A stretch of 64,000 nt of DNA. Origin: Camelus dromedarius. Taxonomy: Eukaryota. A program made the position numbers and the translations under genes. The DNA lies in assembly GCF_036321535.1 (NCBI RefSeq), contig NC_087436.1, positions 91,638,001 to 91,702,000 of the forward strand, read 5' to 3'. Under the pieces are notes generated by a model. It was given only the letters and a program-made list of their open reading frames with translations, did no database searches and was not told the origin of the DNA. Each line of letters opens with the position of its first letter. Position 1 is the stretch's first letter. Positions 53,041 to 64,000 of the stretch are shown here, in pieces.

Positions 53041-55149
53041 TAAGTTTTTTGTTTTTTTAAAGGAAGACAATTCTTGTCTTCAGAACAATTCTGCCACCAA
53101 TGTTTAAATTGCATTTTTTTCTTCCATGTTACATATTTTTGTATCTAGGCTTGGAAGCAAACAGTAAAAAAATTCTAATGGAAGGCAATAATGACTATTG
53201 ATTATTTATTATTTCCCTTTCTATATATATTTCAAAAAATTTCTATAGTAAAATATTTGATGTTCTAATATAAATAAGAAACAAAGTTTTTGATAGCAAG
53301 ATTAAAGAAATTTTACTGAGGTAATTTTATTTCCAATAGAATATCTTGGGTGATAATATAAATTGATGGTATGAAAATATTTAAATAAATCTTTGCCTAC
53401 TTTCTGGCTTCCTGAGTACATTTTTCTAGCAGTATAAGAAAACCGGTTGTTGGGAAAAAAAAAACCTCAAACTTTATTAAAATTTTTATGTCACGAAGTC
53501 GGAAAATCAAAGCCAGAGGAATAATTGCTTGACCAATACACCATTTTAAGAGTCCGTAATCGCTACTGACATTGTTAAAGTGGTTCTAGAATTCCACACA
53601 TAGAGGCTTATTTTTTATCCACAAGAAATCATTATACTATAACTTGATTCACAAAGTCTCAAAAATTTTCCAGTATTTAGCTTGATTTTCTCCCCCATCC
53701 TTGGGAAGACACACTACTTTAAAGAGAAAGAAATACCTTTAACAAATACTTGTAACTTGTGATCTGTCTCAAAGGAGAGAAGAAAGGTTGTGGAAGGTGT
53801 CTTTGATCGAAAATCTGAATACTATCAGTCTCCACATTGATGGGAAAAGTGTGGTAGAATCACCCCTGCTCTCTCCCTCCTGGACTGGGGCAGACACTAA
53901 CAGGCACCTGCCCTCCCCTCATGTATGAACGTCAGTCTCTTGTCTGTTAATTTCTTTTTCCACATTTCTGTACGGTGGATTCAAACCTGTACTTATGATA
54001 CCATTTCCACATTAAATCATAGACACTAACACTGTGGTGTTTTGCAGCTTATCCAGAATAATAAAGAAATGCACCATTTGCAGAACCTGAAATTGAATAA
54101 ATGTCATTCAGATGAACTTAATTATTAAGATCATTCTTGTACATCTCTCGCTGAAACTAAAGTTGGACTGACGGTAATCAATTGCAGTTTTAAATCAAGG
54201 AGCTAGGGTTCATCTGTGAATTATATCTGTTCATATTTGTCACATAAGCCATTATTTGGATAATTGAGACCTAAATGTGCATTAGAGGCCAATGTTCAGA
54301 ATATTTTTGTTTTATTATTTTAATCTACTAGAGAGCTAGAAGGAACACTATAAAATAATACCATGAGTGTGAATGCTGAATGTCTGCCCAGTTCAAAAGT
54401 CTGGAAAGGGACTACTAACACTCTAGAAACTTAGGTGCATGAGTAAGAACTTAAGAGGAGTGTATGACAGTCACTCAGAGTCAGGAGAGAGAACCCTAGT
54501 GTCAGGGTGGATGCTGCAGACAGAACTGTCAGTGTTCTCAGTCATAACATTGATCGCTTGCCCTTCTTGAGAACTACATCAGATGCGAGAGCTTACTTAT
54601 GCTAAATTGGATTTATTTAGCAGGAAGCAAAACTTTATGAGCCATGTGGAGAAAAGTAACAGAAAGAATTGATCTCTAGCTGAGAGCAGGAGAATGACAG
54701 CAGGGAAATGGCTCTACACATCTGCAGACTTGAGGAAACGTCTCCCTTGGGATCATCCCGAGGCTGAATCAGTGGTGGGGAAAATGTACACTTGGATTCT
54801 GGGGAGAGAGAAGAAGAAGCTCTGAGAGCAGGAGAGCGAGGTGAGCCGGGAGCACGAGGACGGTTTCAAACAGCTGTGAGAGGGGACTGCACTGAGGTAT
54901 GACGAGGGATATGTGTGGTTCTCCGGAAAGACTGCTCCATCTTCTATTACAGTAGTGAAACAGGCATGGAGAAATTAATAGTCCCTTTGGGAATGAAAAA
55001 GTAAATAATTTGAAAAATTAGAAGAATCAGAAACCTAACAAAAATATGTTAATAAAAAAAATCCCTCTGCAACAAAGATTTCTATCTGAAAGATTATATG
55101 ATCTGAAAAAAATTTTTAAATAATAATAATTAAAAAAAACCCTTTCCTC

Positions 55150-55220
55150 TAGCTCAGTGATACAGTGCATGCTTAGCATGCATAAGGTCCTGGGTTCAAT
55201 CCCCAGTGCCTCCATTAAAA

Positions 55221-55263
<43 letters not shown>

Positions 55264-55352
55264 ACAAACAAACAAACAAACAAACAAACAAACAAACCTA
55301 ATTACCTCCCCCTCAAAAATAAATGAATAAAAATAATTTTAAAAATTAAAAA
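55150..55352 (+). mobile_element. Vic-1-like SINE, 5'-clipped, with internal (TAAA)n(CAAA)n expansion
   Basis: 'tagctcagtgatacagtgcatgcttagcatgcataaggtcctgggttcaatccccagt' followed by 'cctaattacctcccc'. Confidence 0.9.
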
Positions 55353-56164
55353 AAGAATCTTTTATGTCCCTAGAGATCCCCAAAATATTCTAATTTTATA
55401 TAAAATCACTTTGGTCTTTGAATTGCATTAATACATTTTGGAAGCTAGACAGCCATACATTAGACATAAAGTGAAATACATTATTTTTCCACAAGATATG
55501 TTTTTTCCCGAACTACTAATAGTTAATTGATATTTATTTTATGTTTTCTAGTAACTTTGACAATATTTAAATTTCAGTGGCTTATACTCCTTTTATGCAT
55601 TCCCTTATTTAACTAGGTGAATATGTTCTTTAATATTAACAAATGATCTGTTAATAGTAATTAATTGTCTATCTGTCTGTCTATCTATCTATGTATCTAA
55701 AAATACTCAAAAATATACCCTATGACAGACATTGAGCTATACCGCAGAGAAAAAAGGAGGTAATTACTTTTGCCTCCTATCCTGACTTTGTAAGTGATAA
55801 ATACAACCATATTTATGACAGGCAGATTATATTTTGAAGCAGTCTGCACCAATAGCTATGACCCTTGAGCCTTAGGACCCTCTAGGCAATTCCTGGAGGA
55901 TAATTGCAAACAGTTGTCCGAATAAAAAATTCTTTTATATTATTTAATGTTTAATTATCTGAAATTAACTTAAAATAGCATTTACTGGTAAGCTTTCATT
56001 ATCTATTAAGATTAATCTTCAAAAATAATCACATTTTCCTTTGACTCACTGGAAGAATAACAAAATTAACCTGACTTCTTAGCAACATTCCCTTGAGTTT
56101 CTCCAGAAATGTAATTTTAATTTATATTCTTAGCTCCTGTTTGACCAAATGGACGAATGAACTT

Positions 56165-56216
56165 GGTGGTGGGTGGGTGGGTGGGTGTGTGTGTGTGTGC
56201 GCGTGCGCGTGCGTGC
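56165..56216. repeat. (GGGT)4-(GT)n-(GC/GT)n compound microsatellite
   Basis: Seen directly. Confidence 0.9.
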
Positions 56217-56639
56217 TTTCATTCTCCTTTTGATGCTGCCTTTACAGTAATATTTTCCCCTCAAAATCAGTCTGCTTTGTCTTATTTCTATACATGAGAA
56301 AAAATTATAGTCTCAAAATATTCTTAATTTTTCCTCCTTCACAAAATGAATCTCTCTTTTCCATCACAAATCACAAAGGTGTTTCTGGGACATAATCTTT
56401 GACAAAGACAGGAACAACCTCTAAAATATCCTGAGTGATTAAATATAAAATGAATTTTAGAAAGAACGTCATCCTCAATTAAACTGCAACTTGAGTCTAT
56501 GCTTAAACTACAAAAACAATTCTGCCTATAATATATTCTGTGGTCTACAAAGATTTCTTCCCTCTAAATTGTTTGTCTGGACTGAGAAGACTAAGATGAA
56601 TATTAAGAACTAAGCTCTGTTTGGAAATGTCTTTAACTC

Positions 56640-58330
56640 ACGATCTATATTAAGCTTCTATCTTGGTACTGGACACTGAAAGTTGCAGATGAAGTAGGAA
56701 CACTGTCAAGGAGCCAATGATCAGGTGATAAGCAACTGTGTATGTAACAGAAGAAAATGAGTGACATGAGGAAGGTACAAGGGCTTAGTTCTATCTGTGG
56801 AGCAAGACCTCAGGAATTCTTCCCAGAGAAGACAATACTTAAGCTGTATCTTGAACATAAGGACTTACTTATATTGGCAATCCTGGTTGCAAGGGGAAGA
56901 ACATGACAGCTAGAGTGTATACTCTGAATTACAAAATAGTGATTTGTTAAAGAATCTGATTTTTATTTAAGAAATGAGTTGGGTTTGGCTGCAGCATAGG
57001 TTGTGAGGAGAAATAGAAAACTGAAAGGTTGTAAAAGCTGAACAAGTTAGCTCTAAGGAGGTGACAGATCCTGGAAGGTCCTATCTACTATACGAAGGGA
57101 TGTGGACTTTGTCTTGAGCAATGAACATCAGCAATTTTTTTTAATATGAGAGGAAATGAGTGTACAATCTATAGCAGCTCTCATGAAAGTAGAGAGGAGG
57201 AGTTAGTTAGGTCGACGGAATAAAATGTATAGAACTTGGTGACTGATTGCCCTGGGTGGAACGGAGAGGTGGCTATCTAAACCATGTCCTGAAATAGAAT
57301 TTGGATGATGGGGTGACTAATGGTAAATACTTGGGGAAAGATAATGTTATCCTTTTGTTCATGTGGTGTTGGAGGTATTTTGAAGCCATCTACTTACAGG
57401 TATCCCCCATAATCTTATATATACAGGTCCAGAGTTTAGAGGACAAATTTGTGCAGTAAATATGGATCAGAGAACTAAATATTTATTGGGTACCTACTAT
57501 GTAGCAGGTGGTGTTCTGGGGATGTATTGATGAATGAGATTTCCGTCCAGGGACGTTTGGTCTATTGCATCAGACTAAATATGATCATCAACAGCAGAAA
57601 CTGTCCTAATAGAGAAGGATGGAAGACCATTTTTGTAAAAAGTAAAAAGAGGAGAGGGAGACGAACGGGGAGAGAAAGAGAAAGGGAAAAAAGTGATGAG
57701 CAGAGGAAAATCTCATATGGAATCTTGGCGAATATTGACTTTTAAAGGGCATCTCAGGGAGAAAAATGCCATAATGAATAACAATGTTTCGAGACATAAA
57801 AAAGAGAACTAGAACTTTAAACTAGAAATTTAGATCTTAGAATCCAAGGAATAGGAAAGCCAAGAATTATGACCAAAAAATGTTAAACAGATTCAAGTAA
57901 TACGAGAGAAAAAAATAATCTACTGGAATTTAGCAAGGCCACAAGCAACCTTTTAGAGAGTAATTTCAGTCAAATAGGAGAGGAAGAAGCTTGATGGCAG
58001 AAGGGTAAGGAGTGACTGGAAGGTGACATCTCCACTTTGAGATAAAGGCAGCAAACACTCTTTTTAGCAAGAAGTTTGTGGTGGAAAAATGGAAAAAAGT
58101 ATTTCAGAGACAAAGGAATTTTATTTTTAAGTGTTCAAAGATAAAGACTTTATTGAACGTGTAAAAGCAGTGAGGAGAGACAGAGAGAAGAGTCAAAAAT
58201 ATAAGAAGGTAAGGACTGATAGCGGTGACCTATTTTATGAGGACAGGAGGAAAGAGAGGAATATTTTTCAAAAACACAAATTGAGGGATTTGCTTTGAAC
58301 TTGAAAAAAGAGACTATTTTTTTCAGACTA
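56640..58330 (-). mobile_element. Long decayed L2 element(s)
   Basis: Purine-rich antisense L2 motifs 'aggaattcttcccagagaag...aagctg', 'agaacttggtgactgattg', 'ctggaatttagcaa...tagagagtaatttcagt'; boundaries approximate. Confidence 0.6.
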
Positions 58331-58859
58331 GTTGAAATGGAGCAACAATGGTTAGAGAGATAGATAGATAGATGATGGATTGGAGAGGGAGTTATCATTA
58401 ACACTCTAAATAAAAATTCTATATTTTAAAGTATTTATATGGGAAGAAGGTAGACCTTGTTTCCACTGAGAAAATAATGTCCCTGCTTGATTTCACTGGT
58501 TAAAATTCACTGCTTTCCTAAATGTTTATTTGTTGTATGAGCCTTCTGATTGCTAAAAAGATTAGCTGTTATAACCCTTTTAAATTGAATGACCTAGCAA
58601 GCAGCATATTATATTGGTCAATTGCACATGACTATAAGGATGACTGCATTTAATACACTAGCATAATTGCAAATCTGCTTTTAAATTATTGCCAACATCC
58701 TTTCTATTAAATGACTTTGTATGTGTTTTTTTAAAAAATCAAACAAGTTTTACCAGTAAGGCAACTCTCCTGGTATATATATATATATTTTTTTCTCCTG
58801 GTATATTTTAATATAGTGTTTTTTAAATTTTTAAATGCAATTTATATTTATCAGGATGT

Positions 58860-59745
58860 TGTGAATCTTTATAACTCCACCAGGTAACTAAAAGGCATCC
58901 CAGACTTAAGTATCTTAAACAAAATAATTGATACTCCATCCTATTTATCTCAGAAAATAGCACTACCATTGACCTTGTTGCTTAAGCCACAAAGCAAACA
59001 AAACAAATCTTGTAATAATTCCTAACTTTTTCCTTTCTCCCATATTTATGCAAACCCACCAGCAAATATTGCATCCAACAACTTCTTAACATCACCAACA
59101 TGATGCGTAAAGACCAAGCCACTTTTAATAGTCATCTAGACTATTGCAATCAACCCCTTACTTTTCCTCACCCCTCCAGTCTTGACCCCAGTTGGTAATT
59201 CACATTTCAGCTGATAATTCTTTTTAAAACCTATTTATATTGTTCATTCTTTCTTGAAACCCTTCAGTGGATTCTCATGATACAGAAAACAATACAGCAC
59301 CATTACCATAATCTGTAAGGCCCAGTATGAGCTGATCCTTGGCTATCTCTTGAGCTTCATCTCTTACCTTCCTTCTCCTTGATGACTGCACCTCCTAGTG
59401 CACCAAACACGTTTTAATCGCAGGGCTTTTCCCGCAATAAAACCACTGGTCCCTGCCTGGAACAATCTTCCCTTACTTCACTTACTCACTCAGCTGTTAT
59501 CTGTTATTGGAGATTTTTCCTGACAAGCTTCAAAAAAATAACTTCCCATTAAACATCTGTCCTCTTAACCCAGCTGTAGTTTCTCTACTAAGCACTTACC
59601 ACCAACTGACAGTATCTCCCCACCTTAGAATTTAAGGTCCGTTAGGACAGGGGTTCTAGTAGTTTTGTTGACTGTTAAATCCCCAGTACTACATGCTAAT
59701 GCTAACAGTAATAATCAGTATGTGCTGAGTAAATGGATGAAAGAA
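58860..59745 (+). mobile_element. L2 3' region
   Basis: 'tctagactattgcaat', 'aaacccttcagtgg', 'cctgcctggaac', 'ttagaatttaagg...aggacagggg', 'tgctgagtaaatggatgaa'. Confidence 0.75.
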
Positions 59746-60577
59746 TCTTATTCTCTGGAAATATGTTTGCTGATTTTCCTTTCTTGTTAATTTGAGCAGG
59801 TTTTGGAGAGAGGTGGTGGTATGGAAAGAGGGAATACCATTGGGATAGCTTGCTCATGCGCATCTGTGATTACTGATTATTTTGTAGCAATCAGTTTATT
59901 GGACTGGGTTATTTTGATTAACTGAAATTGATCAGAAAGCTATGGATTTGCTTAAAATGTGATTGATGTGAAAGCAAGGTTAGAGAGACACATAAAGCTA
60001 TGTCATAGATTTACAAGATATACAATATTTTCAGACTGTTCAATAACATTTTCATGTATTGATGAAATCATAAAAGGATCAAAATAAACATCAAGATTCA
60101 AAAGCTGGCAATTTAATTTATTTAATGCATTTCCTAATATTGCATCATATACTAAATAAAAATAATATAAATTATAAAGTAAACCTTTCAGCTTATCTGT
60201 GCTTTATTTATTTGTTTGATTGTTGTTTTATTAGTGGCTATTCGAAACCTGCTTCAGTTCACAAAGATTGGTTGCCATTGGGGTTTCTAGGTATAATTAA
60301 ATTGTCTAAATTTAATGAATAATTTTGATTTATGTCTAATCCCAGTTATATGATTTATAAGTTGTGTGACCAGAGAGAAGTTATTCAGACTTTTCTCATC
60401 TATTACATGAAGATATTAATATACTTATTTCATGGGTTGCTGTGATGATAACATAAGATCATGAGTCTAAAATGTTTAGAACAATCCTTCATAGAGAATA
60501 ATCCTTAAATAATCTATTATTCATAACACTGTGCATAGGTGTTTTGTTATCTAAATATTGAGAAATGTTTCTCTATC

Positions 60578-60936
60578 TGTTAAGGTATTCATGTTTACGT
60601 CCCCTCAAAACACACATGTTGAACTCTAATCACCAATGGTGGCACGGGAGGTGGGGCTTTGTGAAGTAATTACATCATGAGAGTGGAGCTCTCAGAAATG
60701 GGATTAGCACCCTCAATAAGAAGAGCCCGGAGAGCGAGCCCACTCTTTCCACCATTCTCGGCTACAACAAGAAGTCAACCATCGGTGATTCAGAAGAGGG
60801 CTCTCACCAGAATCCGACCACCTGGCACCCTGATCTCATTCAAACTTCCAGCCTCCTGAACCATGAGAAGTACATTTTTGCTGTTTGTAAGGTATCTGGT
60901 TTATTTCACTTTGTTACACCAGCTTGAACTAAGACA
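60578..60936 (+). mobile_element. MLT1A0-like MaLR solo LTR
   Basis: TG...CA termini; 'ggaggtggggctttg...atgggattagcaccct...ctcaccaga...ctggcaccctgatctc...cttccagcctcc...actaagaca'. Confidence 0.9.
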
Positions 60937-61835
60937 CTGTTCTTTCCCATAGAGAGGACACAACAGATTTTCAAAGATCACATAGTTAATAAATGTCAGA
61001 GCCTGAATTAAAACCCAAGTAGATTCACTCCAGAGTCTATGTTCTTGGTTTCCAGGTCACCTCTAGAGAGGTATCAGGAAACATGAATTGATTTTAAAAT
61101 ATATGTGTATTTTTCCCTGAAAATAAGACTAAGAAATAATTGATAGCTATTAAATATATGTAGTATAGGAGAACAGAGAAAAATAAACAAAAAATTTGAA
61201 TGTGAACAGACTACCATTTGAAAAATAGAAACCAGACTTATGTTACCTATAAATAATAAGAGTGTTTACATTTAAATTATATTTAAATAAAGCCTTAGGA
61301 ATCCTTACCTTTAAAGTCAGGTTTGGGAAAAATTGATCAAGATTTAGATTTTTCTGAAATCATGAATCTGATTCAATTTTGAGATCAACAGTTTGATATT
61401 GTCAGATATTTTTATATTTTTAAAATATCTGACAATTAATCACTGCTACTGCTAAAATGCTGATGGCACACAGAATGCCACTGACCTAAGCCCTGGGACC
61501 AGTGCTGACCAGCGTTGAATGCCAAGCCCATGGAAGAGACATGTTCACCAGAACTGCAGCTCCAAGAGGCTAGAAGGGAGAAATAGCTTCAACAATTAAA
61601 AATCATGATTAACATAATTTGAAGAAAGGTATTCTTGTGTAAAACAGAGATAATGTAACAAGAATAAATTGGAAATGCTGCCTTTAATTCCAAGAATTCA
61701 TTGTGCAGTAAAAGCTTAGGAATTGCTGGCATGAAATTTGTTTGCAAGAGAATGTTCTCACATCTTAGCTGAGCCTAAGCAAAGTCTGATACCTCACACA
61801 TTCTCCACCGGCTTTCATCACTCTTGACAATTACT

Positions 61836-61966
61836 CTGATTATTAATTTTATGTGTCAACTTGCCTGGAACATGAGATGCCCAGATACTTGACTAATCAC
61901 TGTTGTGTGTGTTAGCCTGGGAGTTTCTGAATTGGATTAACATTTGAATTGGTAGAATAAGTAAAC
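61836..61966 (+). mobile_element. MLT2 (ERVL) LTR 5' fragment
   Basis: 'ttaattttatgtgtcaacttg...tgcccagata...gattaacatttgaattggtaga'. Confidence 0.8.
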
Positions 61967-61999
61967 TCTGAGAAAAATGGACCAGTGGTGAAGAGTTGC

Positions 62000-62776
62000 C
62001 TCACCCTCTCACCTCTAACCAACTAAGAAATTTCTTTGCCTTGTCATCATGTCTTCTTCTGGTTACAATAGAGAAAATGATCCATTCTCGATCAGAGGCT
62101 AATCTCTTCTGCGCTCCAGAGATGGTCTCCCCTCAAGAGTATGTCTCCTGTGTTTTCTCTTCCCCAGTATCATCAGTATCTTCTTCTCTATTGTTTATAA
62201 CCTCATCACCATGCAATTTTCCTTTAGTACATCCCCCTAGACAGCGCCTGCAACAACAAAACATGCTTCATTTACTGCCTTTCATCAATTTCCCTTCATG
62301 GCCAAACACACTGACAGGTTTTCTTCTAAACGTTACAGTCACACTTCCTCAAAACCTATGTGCTCTAATAAAGCTTCTTTCTCCTAGTACTCAAAGAAAC
62401 CTCCTTAGAGGTTTCCAAAGACCTCCATATTGGCAAGTTTATTTTAAAAATCACTGTTTTCAATATGTGTAGACTTTCAGGATCATTCCACACAGTGCAG
62501 TGTTGGTGGTATAGTGGTGAGCAAAGCTGCCTTCCAGGATCATTCCACACAGTTCATAATGTTTTCCTTTGTGAAAAACCCTTTCAATTTCCAGAACACA
62601 CTACACCCTGGGTTTTCCTTTTACCACCTCTCTGTCTCCTTAGCACCTTTCTCATCTACCCCACCCCCCTAATGTTGCCAGTACTCAGTAATGAGTATTT
62701 TTCTCTCTTCTCTCTGCAATTTCTCCCTTTGCATTAAATAATTTCATTCCTATGGATTTAAATGACATCTTTATTA
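62000..62776 (+). mobile_element. L2 internal (ORF2-derived) fragment
   Basis: Pyrimidine-rich 'cagaacacactacaccctgggttttcctttta...ctctctg' and 'tcattcctatggatttaaat'; appears to resume after 63737. Confidence 0.6.
62500..62536 (+). pseudogene. tRNA-Gly-TCC: tRNA-Gly(TCC) 5'-half retrocopy (tailless retropseudogene) with 19-bp TSD
   Basis: gtgttggtggtatagtggtgagcaaagctgccttcca matches 35 of 37 nt of the recalled mammalian tRNA-Gly-TCC 5' end (GCGTTGGTGGTATAGTGGTGAGCATAGCTGCCTTCCA); direct repeats caggatcattccacacagt at 62478-62496 and 62535-62553. Confidence 0.9.
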
Positions 62777-63180
62777 TGTATGATTCTTTCAGCTACAAAT
62801 AACAAAGCCCCCAAGTTGTATTGGTTTACATAATAGAAGCTTAACTGAGTGAATTAATCAAGTTAGGAAGCTGTGTTGTAACTGACATTGTTTTTGTCTT
62901 TATCTCATGGTTGCAAAGTGGCTGCCACCTCTTGAAATATTCTATTCTTACACAGTGACATCCTGAGCTGAAAGCAAGTGGGAAGCCTGGAGAAAAATGT
63001 TTCCCCTCATGTCTCCATGTAATAGGAAAGATAACATTGATAGAAGCTTTCAGAAGTACTTCTCATGTTTTATTGTCTAGAATTGGATCATATGTTCATT
63101 CATAGACCAGTTGTTCTTCATGTGAAAATGTTTGCCATAATTTGGTTAAAATCAAACGAATTCATTTTCCTGGCCTTGAA
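62777..63180 (-). mobile_element. Old MaLR LTR (MLT1I/J-like)
   Basis: 'ctcatggttgcaaagtggctgcc...attgtctagaattggatcatatg...tagaccagt'. Confidence 0.6.
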
Positions 63181-63259
63181 TTCGTTTCTGTATAAATTTG
63201 GAATTCTCTTAGATGCCTACTTTGAAGCCATTTCTCTCTTTTTTTTTACAAATCATCTT

Positions 63260-63736
63260 TGTGTTTCTTCTCACGAATCCAATCAAAATCACTACATTTA
63301 TGAGAAAGTAGATCCAGCACTTGGTCTAGAGGGGAAGTTATGTTTGATTTTTCGTCAGTGAGAAGAAAAGAGGAACTTTTCTGAAAGGGCCTTTAGGAAT
63401 GATTTTTTATCTCATGAGAGGGTGGTATGTGCTAAAAGGGACTTCAATTTATGCTGCTTCCAGCTTCCTCATGTTTGAACATGGCTTGATGGTTAGAGTT
63501 GCTATAGTGAACTTGTAACTATGGGGGGAAGATTAAACACACACGTACACACAGACACACGCACGTGCACAAATTCCCAAGATTCTTGAGTCTTTGAACC
63601 AATACTTTTACCATTGCTTTGACCTTAGCAAGCCTTTACCTTCAGAATTACTGCTATATGAGAAAAAATAACTCCCACTTTTTAAGTCACTGTTTGTCAG
63701 AATTTTGTTACCCAGATGGCGTATCTAATTGATACA
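63260..63736 (+). mobile_element. Old MaLR LTR (MLT1J/K-like)
   Basis: 3' end 'tatatgagaaaaaataactccc...tttaagtcactgttt...ttttgttac...ctaattgataca'; 5' boundary approximate. Confidence 0.6.
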
Positions 63737-64000
63737 CCACCTATATGCTGTCAGCTTTCTAAACTCCACTTCTCAGACCTCTGTGAGCTGTCGCATCTGT
63801 GCCACAAGATGAATATTTGTTAGATAATTAATGAATAAAAGCATTTGATCTTTGTTAACAAGATTCATCCTTGACATCTGCAATTGGATGCTACAAATCA
63901 AATGTATTATGGTCAAAACTGGATTCTTAACATACCCACTGGTTTAGAGCATATTCTTTTCTACACAATCTTTAAATAGATGGGACAACATTCACTGTGT

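Noticed and set aside
61309..61353. Possible 45-nt minus-strand exon (KNLNLDQFFPNLTLK) with a strong donor
   Set aside because: Poor acceptor tract, unrecognised peptide, no supporting exons
62478..62553. CRISPR-like repeat-spacer-repeat
   Set aside because: Only two repeats in mammalian DNA, no cas genes, and the insert is a tRNA fragment, so the repeats are a target-site duplication
61996..62737. 158-aa and 90-aa ORFs
   Set aside because: Lie in decayed pyrimidine-rich L2 sequence; the repeated GSFHTV peptide is just the translated 19-bp TSD

Overview
AT-rich, CpG-depleted mammalian genomic DNA, intronic or intergenic. I found no host protein-coding exon that I can support. Two tRNA-derived SINEs resembling camelid Vic-1 and cetartiodactyl-type L1 3' UTRs point to a camelid (alpaca, llama or camel). 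The window is a mosaic of transposable elements: L1s of several ages, L2, MIR, CR1/L3, MaLR/ERVL/ERV1 LTRs, and hAT and Tigger MITEs. Subfamily names come from remembered consensus sequences and old-repeat boundaries are approximate. The only long protein-like ORFs are ORF2 of a young 5'-truncated L1 (41080-43165, minus strand, one in-frame stop, YADD motif). The most unusual item is a 37-nt 5' half of tRNA-Gly(TCC) ending just past the anticodon, with no poly(A) tail, between perfect 19-bp direct repeats (62478-62553), which fits a tailless retropseudogene. Also notable: an apparently complete ancient MaLR provirus with nested insertions, an RFX X-box palindrome in unique sequence, and several perfect hairpins. 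I do not see evidence for a new multi-gene system.
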